From: Eledone cirrhosa
Taxonomy: Eukaryota
Assembly (NCBI GenBank): GCA_964016885.1
Contig: OZ024751.1
Span: forward strand, 26,908,001 to 26,972,000
Direction of reading: 5' to 3'
Length of the DNA stretch: 64,000 bases
The translations under genes were made by a program, and so were the position numbers. Positions 56,995-64,000 of this stretch are shown here, piece by piece. Numbering within the stretch: position 1 is the stretch's first letter; every line of letters begins with the position of its first letter. The notes below the pieces were generated by a model. The model was given only the letters and a program-made list of their open reading frames with translations. It was not told the DNA's origin and searched no databases.

Positions 56995-57256
56995 ATTCTG
57001 TCCACAGGGACCACACGATTATATAACCCCTGAAGTTCTGTCCAGTGTGACCACAAGATTACATAAACCCCCTGAAGTTCTGTCCAGTGTGACCACAAGA
57101 TTATATAACGCCCTGAAGTTCTGTCTAGTGTGACTATGAGATTATATAACCCCCTGAAGTTCTGTCTAGTGTGACCACAAGATTATATAAACCCCTGAAG
57201 TTCTGTCTAGTGGGACCACAAGATTATATAAACCCCTGAAGTTCTGTCTAGTGTGA
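56995..57256. repeat. 40-41-bp minisatellite, about 6 copies
   Basis: Unit ccacaagattatataacccctgaagttctgtctagtgtga. Confidence 0.9.
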
Positions 57257-57521
57257 AGGTCTATATTTGTGTTATAGACCCAAATCCACCATCAATCTGC
57301 TCAGTATTGGGGTGACACAATAAAAAACACACAGTCCATACTGCAACATGGTTGACATTGAGAAATGCATCCAGCCATAGAAACCAACCCAAAATACAGA
57401 TCTGTATGAGCAAGATGTGCTCACCTGACCTGACTTGTTTCATAATGTGACATGCAACAGTAGAAAAATGAACATTAAACAATGATGATATAAGTATATA
57501 CATATATGCTACAATAAAATG

Positions 57522-57925
57522 CACACTTGGTGCATTTTATCATGGAACCAGCACCAGAGAGGTTGTCATATCCTTGGCACAACTGAAGAGTTCTCTCTAC
57601 CCTCTGGGCAACATTTCTATGGTTTGATACCTTTCGCCAATAACTTTACAGAACACACTTGGTGCATTTTATCATGGAACCAGCACCAGAGAGGTTGTCA
57701 TATCCTTGGCACAACTGAAGAGTTCTCTCTACCCTCTGGGCAACATTTCTATGGTTTGATACCTTTCGCCAATAACTTTACAGAACACACTTGGTACATT
57801 TTATCAAGGAACCAGCAATAGAGAGGTATGTATTTAACTGAAGAGTCCTCTCTATCTTTTAGGTAAGGTTTCTATAGCTGGATGCCCTTCTTACTGCTAA
57901 CAACTTTACAGAGTGTACTTGGTGT
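57522..57925. repeat. 132-bp tandem repeat (two near-identical copies plus a diverged third) derived from a minus-strand SINE tail
   Basis: 44-aa repeat in the ORF track; third unit contains tagctggatgcccttc. Confidence 0.8.
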
Positions 57926-59199
57926 AATTATTCTGCAAATTCACAATATGCTGTGCTCCTGTATCAAATTTACAGTCCCGTAGTTACATTCATATATGTA
58001 TGGTCCCATAACTCCTGATAGAGCTATAGGGGTGCCATATTGACATGCAGCATTTCTTGGGTATTTTAAGCCTGACGGAGCCCATTCCTCTCCAGCCCTG
58101 AGTACAGCGGATTTCTTCCACAGAGAAGAAGAATCGACCCCAGTACGAGACTGGTACTTTTTTATCAACCTCGAAAGGATGAAAAGCAAAGTTGACTTCA
58201 GCAGAATTTAAACTCAGATATCAGAGAGCTGCAAGGAATACCATAAAGCATTCTATCTGACGTTTTAACGACTCTGCCAATTCGCAGTCTATGCACATCC
58301 ATATATAGAACTGTTAAAAACTGGGTCTCAGCAATCGCACCCTATGAACTCCTGCTACACATAAACAGATTATCTATTTTATATATATTTCCCCTTCACT
58401 TTTCTTTAAAAAAGAAAAGAATTTTTATTTTAAAAAACTATCAAGTAATCATGTTGACATTTGGCTGAATCTGTGTGAGATAACACCCACCCCGAATTGT
58501 GAATTGTCGTATTTTCTGGAATGGTGAGAAGATAAATGGATTTATCTTAACATGTCACCTGTTCACCCAGCTCACCACACAAAACACCAAGTGCTTCCCA
58601 AACATCCTTTCTTTTTTTCTTTTTCTTCTTCTTTTTCTCCTTCTTCTTCTCCTTCACCCCACACCCTATATCTCATACACCCACACTCATCCCCCCACCC
58701 CCACCCCCACCCACCCACCACCACCACCACCCGCCGTCCCTAAATATAGCAACTTCAAGAAGAGCTGTTTTATATTTCCAAACCTTCATCAGTTGTCAGG
58801 AAAATATAGAAATAAATACATAAATAAATGAATAAAAAAAAATCGTTGCTGCCTAAAAGTATGATGATGATGATGATGATGATGATGGTAGTGGTGGTGG
58901 TGATGATGGTGATGATGGTGGTGGTGGTGGTGGTGGTGATGGTAGGTGGTGGTTATGATGGTGGTGATGGTGGTGATGATGGTGGTGATGATGATGATGA
59001 TGATGATGGTGATGGTGATGATGATGATGATGATGATGGTGGTAGTTGTTATGTTGGGTCTATCTGGAGGTAAAACCATGTTCTATCTGGAGGTGAAACC
59101 ATGGTTCCATCTGGAGGTGAAACCATGGTTCCATCCGGAGGTAAAACCTACACCATCTTTGATGAAACATCAAATAATAAAGACATCAAGAGACTTTAA

Positions 59200-59590
59200 T
59201 AGAGTAATAAAAACACCCCCACAAGAGAGTAGAAATAAACCCAAATTAGAAGCTAACACCATGGAGAGCAGCCAGCAGATAGCTAATTCCATACACCAGA
59301 GCATCACAGTAACTATTGACTACCCTTCCAAACACCCTAACAATAGACTACCAGTATTAGACACTGCCTTCAGAAACATGATAATGACATACATAGGGGA
59401 GACAGCTTATAGCATAGGAGAGAGGATAGATGAACACTGAGTGAACTAAAGGTACAAAAAGACCATTCAGTACTATATGAACATGCCAGACTAAAATATG
59501 ATGGTAAAGTAGACAACATAGAAGTTAAAATATCTAAACATAGGAATGACTCCACAATTAGACAATTTAGGGAAGCTACAGAAAAAGAAT
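59200..59590 (+). mobile_element. Internally deleted Penelope-like element: RT fragment fused to GIY-YIG endonuclease fragment
   Basis: TMESSQQIANSIHQSITVTIDYPSKHPNNRLPVLD (PLE RT), YIGETAYSIGERIDEH, then in another frame DHSVLYEHARLKY..STIRQFREA. Confidence 0.8.
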
Positions 59591-59654
59591 TTTAAAAAAA
59601 CCTAGGTTGAACAGAAAATCTTCGGATGTACCCAAGGTACATCTGGGAGCAGTG

Positions 59655-61185
59655 ACTAATCTCTGAGGCTGAGGTTACAAGAACAGTTAAAGAACTCAAA
59701 TGTGGCAAGTCTATTGAGGAAGATGAAATCCAGCCCAAGATGATAAAAGCCTTAAATAGAGAAGGTATTGGCTGACACATGTGTGCTGGTAGCCTGGATT
59801 TCTGGAAAGGCATCTAAGCAATGGCAATCAGGAGTGATAATCTTAGTTTTCAAAAAGAGAGACAAGTAAGATTCTTCCAATTACAGAAAGATCTCCTTGT
59901 TAAGCCTCCCCGGTAAAGTCCATGTTAAGTTTCTGGCAAAGAGATGCAGGGAGATTGTCGAGTCCAAGCTAGCTGATGAACAGTGTGGTTTCTGTCCCAG
60001 ACACAGCACAGCTGACCAAATATTCACAGTGGCAGGTCTTCTAGAAATCATTTGAGTATTACCAAGAAGTATATTCTTGTTTTGTCTACCTTGAGAAGGT
60101 ATATGACCACGTTCCTTGGGACCTGCTGTGGAAGGATGTGCAGGAGTATGGGATTAATGGTTAGCTTTTTGCTGCCCTGATGTCTCTATATGTATGCCCA
60201 AGTGTTTGTTTTGTCGACCTTGAGAAGACATATGACCACATTCCACAGGACCTGCTGTGGAAGGAGTATAGGATTGACGGTCAGCTCCTTGCTGCCCTGA
60301 TGTCTCTGTATGAATGCCCGAGTATTTGTGTTTGGATAAATGGTGCTAAATCAAAGCCATTCAATGTGGGAGTAGGACTCCACTAAGGATGTGTACTGTC
60401 ACCTCTCCAGTTCATTATTTACATGAACAGGATTGACATGTGCAGCTGGGTTGGAAGTGGTATCATGACTGGTGGGTGTAGAATCAGTTGACTGGAATTT
60501 GCAGACGACATGGTGTTACTTAACTCGACAGAAGGTGCACTCGATAGGTTTGATGCTGAATGAAAATCAGTGCTGTGAAAACTGAGACATTCGTCCTCTC
60601 AAGGGAGCCTGTGCAGTGCTCTCTATATGTAAATGGAATTCCACTGTAGCAGGTAGTTCAAGTATCTTGGGGCTGAGTGCATGAGTGATGGAAGGTAGGA
60701 GGCTGAATTAAGTGCAAGAATTGCAAAAGCTGGTGCAGTAATGCGCCAGCTTCCGTATTTAGTAATCAGAAGGGTATAGGTGTAAAAGCCAAACTTGCTA
60801 TCTTTAATTTGGTTTTCATGCCAACCCTTACCTATAGTCATGAATGTTCGGTAATGACTGAAAGAATACAATCACGAATAGAAGCAGTCAAAATGAGATT
60901 CCTCCGAAGGGTCTTTGAAGTAGTGTTGTAGTGTTGTAAAGTGCATAGCTCAGAGATGAGAGAGTCACTCAAAGTAGAGCTACTACTTCTCCGAATTGAG
61001 AGATTACAGCTCCAATACTATTGGCATGTGGTTAGAATGTCTGGCAGGAGACCCAAGGGTAAACCCCGATCACGATGGTTAGATAAGATCCGTGAGCTTG
61101 GCTGGTCATTCTTGAGGCTCCAGCCAAATCAATTGGAGATGGTTGCTTCTGAGAAGACCTGCTGGAAGGAGTGTTTCAGGATTCT
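59655..61185 (+). mobile_element. Degraded RTE-clade LINE reverse transcriptase with a ~125-bp internal duplication
   Basis: NYRKISLLSLPGK, EQCGF, FVDLEKTYD, G.H*GCVLSP..F.IYM, FADDMVLL, FKYLG, GRRPKGKPRSRWLD; many stops and frameshifts. Confidence 0.88.
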
Positions 61186-61852
61186 TCTTCACATAACCCT
61201 CTATTTAGCCTTAATAAAAGGAATATATAAACTCTACTTTGGTACAGAATGCTCTTTTCTATCAGCCATCAACCACATAGGGATCATCATCAACATCACC
61301 ATCGTTTTAATGTCCACTCTTTCTATGGCCAGGTGATGAGTCTTGTTAATCTGTAGTTTCATTTGTGTACTCACCTGGGCATCAGACAATATATACCTCA
61401 GTTACTTACCTTTGAGGCTTCATAATGAGCCAAATTGGAGCAAGCCCTCCATTGGGACTGTACTTTATATATATACCTACTCTGCAACCATACATGCATT
61501 GAGTACCACCATGATCTGCATTCTTCCCAGTCATTGAACTGTTAACACTTGGTAGAATATATTATATATAAAATATATGTGTGTGTGTGTGTGTGTGTAT
61601 GTGTAAATATTCAGGTAAGACACCAACAAACACAAGGCTAAGAATAAAACACTATAAACAATGAACAAGAAATAAACAGTCAATGAAATTGTGGAAGAAT
61701 GAAAAGGAAGATAAATAAATGAATGTTTTGGACAGTTGTCCTTCATCAAGGCAGAAAAAAAAGAGCAAAGAAAGAAAAAAATTTAAAGGAAAAGAAATGA
61801 TGTTGGGTCAAAGATACAACATGCTGGAATGGCAGAGAGAAAATGAGTTGAG

Positions 61853-61884
<32 letters not shown>

Positions 61885-62622
61885 TGTATGTATGTATGTA
61901 TGTATGTATGTATGTGTGTGTGTGTTTTTAGTCCTGCAGGATATCCAAAGTCACCCTCCTCACCAAGAAACCTGTCAAAGGGCAAAGGAGCTCTTAAGAC
62001 TCAATGGCCATCCAAAATCACCATGAGAGATGACCCCTTAGCCTTTGTCAAGGCAGAATTCTAGGAGAAGGAAAACTCTGATATAACACCTGCAACCCTG
62101 ATGGTATCCAATGATGTTGACTTGTTCTTCTTTTTGGTAAATATCATCTTGGTTAAGAGAGTGGGACTGGCTTTGTGCAGTGCCTTTGCTCACTATAAAA
62201 TCTACACGGCACAGGCATTGCTTTATATCTGGAGATCTCTCTGCACTTGTCGTCACTCGAAAACGAGTTGGCTGCCACCATGTATATACGTACATATGAA
62301 TGTATATATGTGTGTGTGTATGTATGTATATACATATGTATGTTTGTGTGTATGTATGTGTGTATGTATATACGTATACGTACATATGTATATAAGTATG
62401 TACATACATATGTATGTAAATATGTATATATGTATAGTAAATGCTCCAGAGACATTTTCAGGATGTTAAAGGTAGCCTGAAGACTGTTGGTATTAATGCC
62501 AAGGATTGGGAAGACGAGACAGAGTCTAAATGAAGGAGGCTGATGTAGGATGGTTGTGATCACTTTGATGTCAAAACGATTGAGTATTCAGTGTTTAAAA
62601 GATCAGGGAAGGTGATTTAGAC

Positions 62623-63343
62623 CAGGGGTTCTCAACCTGGTCCATGTGGACAACTAGTGGTCCACATGAAAATTCAGGTGCTCCACAGAAAATTTTCAAT
62701 AGAAAATTCTTTTTTGATCCATGCATTTGACTTAAAGTGCTGTTATTAAATAATAATAATAATAATGAAATTATTGTGTAAAGTGCTCAGGTGCACTATA
62801 ACTCGTCAAAGGTGTATGTATAGTACATAGAATAATACACAAATGTCAGGGAAGTACATGTGTGTATGTGTTAGCTGTAGTGTTGGCGGATCTCGGGAAG
62901 CATGGAGGCCTTAAAAGATGCAGTGTCTCGACAGCTAACAACTGATGCAGGTAGTTTGTTCCATGGAGGCCTTAAAGGATGCAGTGTCTCGACAACTAAT
63001 AACTGATGCAGGTAGTTTGTTCCATGCTTCAGCAACTCTGAGCGTGAAAAAATGTTTCCGAAAGTCATGGGAACTGTGCTGTTTTCTTACTTTGTGGGCA
63101 TGTCCACGTGTGTTAGACACATGGAAATTATTCTTTGCATAAGTACGACTTGAGCTGTTTATTTGCGTAGATTTTTAGGCACTGCGACATGATAATAGCA
63201 TTTTCTAATTCATTGAAAAAAAAACATCTACTGATGCTTATAAGTAGCAGTTCTATTACAAAAGATTTAAAAGTTTAGGTGGTCCACAGGAAAAAATTAC
63301 TTATTTTGGTGGTCCACAGCGAAAAAAAGGTTGAGAACCCCTG
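62623..63343. mobile_element. Non-autonomous hAT (Charlie-like) element with a nested LINE
   Basis: TIRs caggggttctcaacct / aggttgagaacccctg; 8-bp TSD atttagac at 62615-62622 and 63344-63351. Confidence 0.9.
62750..63135 (-). mobile_element. CR1/L2-group LINE 3' end with (ATT)n tail and a ~61-bp tandem duplication
   Basis: SNTRGHAHKVRKQHSSHDFRKHFFTLRVAEAWNKLPASVISCRDTASFKASM. Confidence 0.85.
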
Positions 63344-63440
63344 ATTTAGACTCTCTCAAGGGGGATATCTAGTCAGAGAATGTCTGTAATGTCTGTGGAA
63401 AGGTTATTTTTTTCTCATTCTGGGCTTGCTAGTCATTTAA

Positions 63441-63648
63441 CCCTTTAGCATTTAAACTGGTTGTACCCAGATAGAATTCTCTCACCTCTTTCTGTTCAAA
63501 CTGGCAGTAACTGGTTACTCATACTGATGTTAAGGTATTGTACTCAAAATAAATAATATAAAAATCTCATAGATTCGATATTATGTAAGGTAAAGCCTTT
63601 ACTGAGAAAATACAATAGTATATATAGGGTAATGTAAATGCTGAAGGG
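63441..63648. mobile_element. piggyBac-type MITE
   Basis: TTAA-ccctttagcattta ... taaatgctgaaggg-TTAA. Confidence 0.8.
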
Positions 63649-63814
63649 TTAAGAGCTCACACCAATCAGCAGTTGGGGTCCAACTATGTTGATGTCCTCC
63701 CTGAGAAGCCAGCAAGGTATTGATGTCAGTTTTCCAACAAAGTTTGTGGGCCTACTCCTGGACTCAAGCAGCAAATATGAGTGCATAAGGAGCAAGTTCC
63801 ATTGAAGACCATCG

Positions 63815-64000
63815 AGAGGTGTTGTGTGTGTTACATCTGCAGAAGGGTGTTATGTCTGTCACATCTGCAGAAGGGTGTTATGTCTGTCACATCTGCAGAA
63901 GGGTGTTATGTGTGTTACATCTGCAGAAGGGTGTTATGTGTGTCACATCTGCAGAAGGGTGTTATGTCTGTCACATCTGCAGAAGGGTGTTATGTCTGTC
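63815..64000. repeat. 28-bp minisatellite running off the window end
   Basis: Unit agaagggtgttatgtctgtcacatctgc. Confidence 0.92.

Noticed and set aside
57941-58189. 82-aa minus-strand ORF
   Set aside because: Starts inside a SINE and the remainder has no motif I recognise
61370-61540. Two strong minus-strand donor motifs (gtgagt, gtaagt) as upstream exons of the C2 gene
   Set aside because: No good acceptor and no PDZ- or Piccolo-like translation found

Overview
AT-rich, repeat-saturated animal genomic DNA. The SINE families and the huge (TA)n/(TACA)n tracts resemble octopus (coleoid cephalopod) genomes; this taxon call is an inference. The one supportable host gene is on the minus strand: five exons in consistent reading frame (51216 down to 45048, plus tentative downstream exons) encoding a Piccolo/Fife/RIM-family C2A domain that keeps all five Ca2+-ligating aspartates. 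The rest is microsatellite, about 15 minisatellite arrays, two tRNA-derived SINE families, degraded LINE ends (R4/Dong, CRE, RTE, CR1/L2), a hAT and a piggyBac-type MITE, and a collapsed Penelope-like (RT + GIY-YIG) fragment. The most interesting signal is a recurring set of short elements, mostly within or beside (TA)n tracts, that carry minimal type-I hammerhead ribozyme motifs with a palindromic helix III and often occur as inverted pairs. In four of these pairs the fold-back centre lies in hammerhead helix II. I interpret them as Penelope-like pseudo-LTR remnants. Nearly all ORFs in the supplied track are repeat artefacts. No CRISPR array, rRNA or true tRNA gene is seen. All structures were read by eye and no searches were run.
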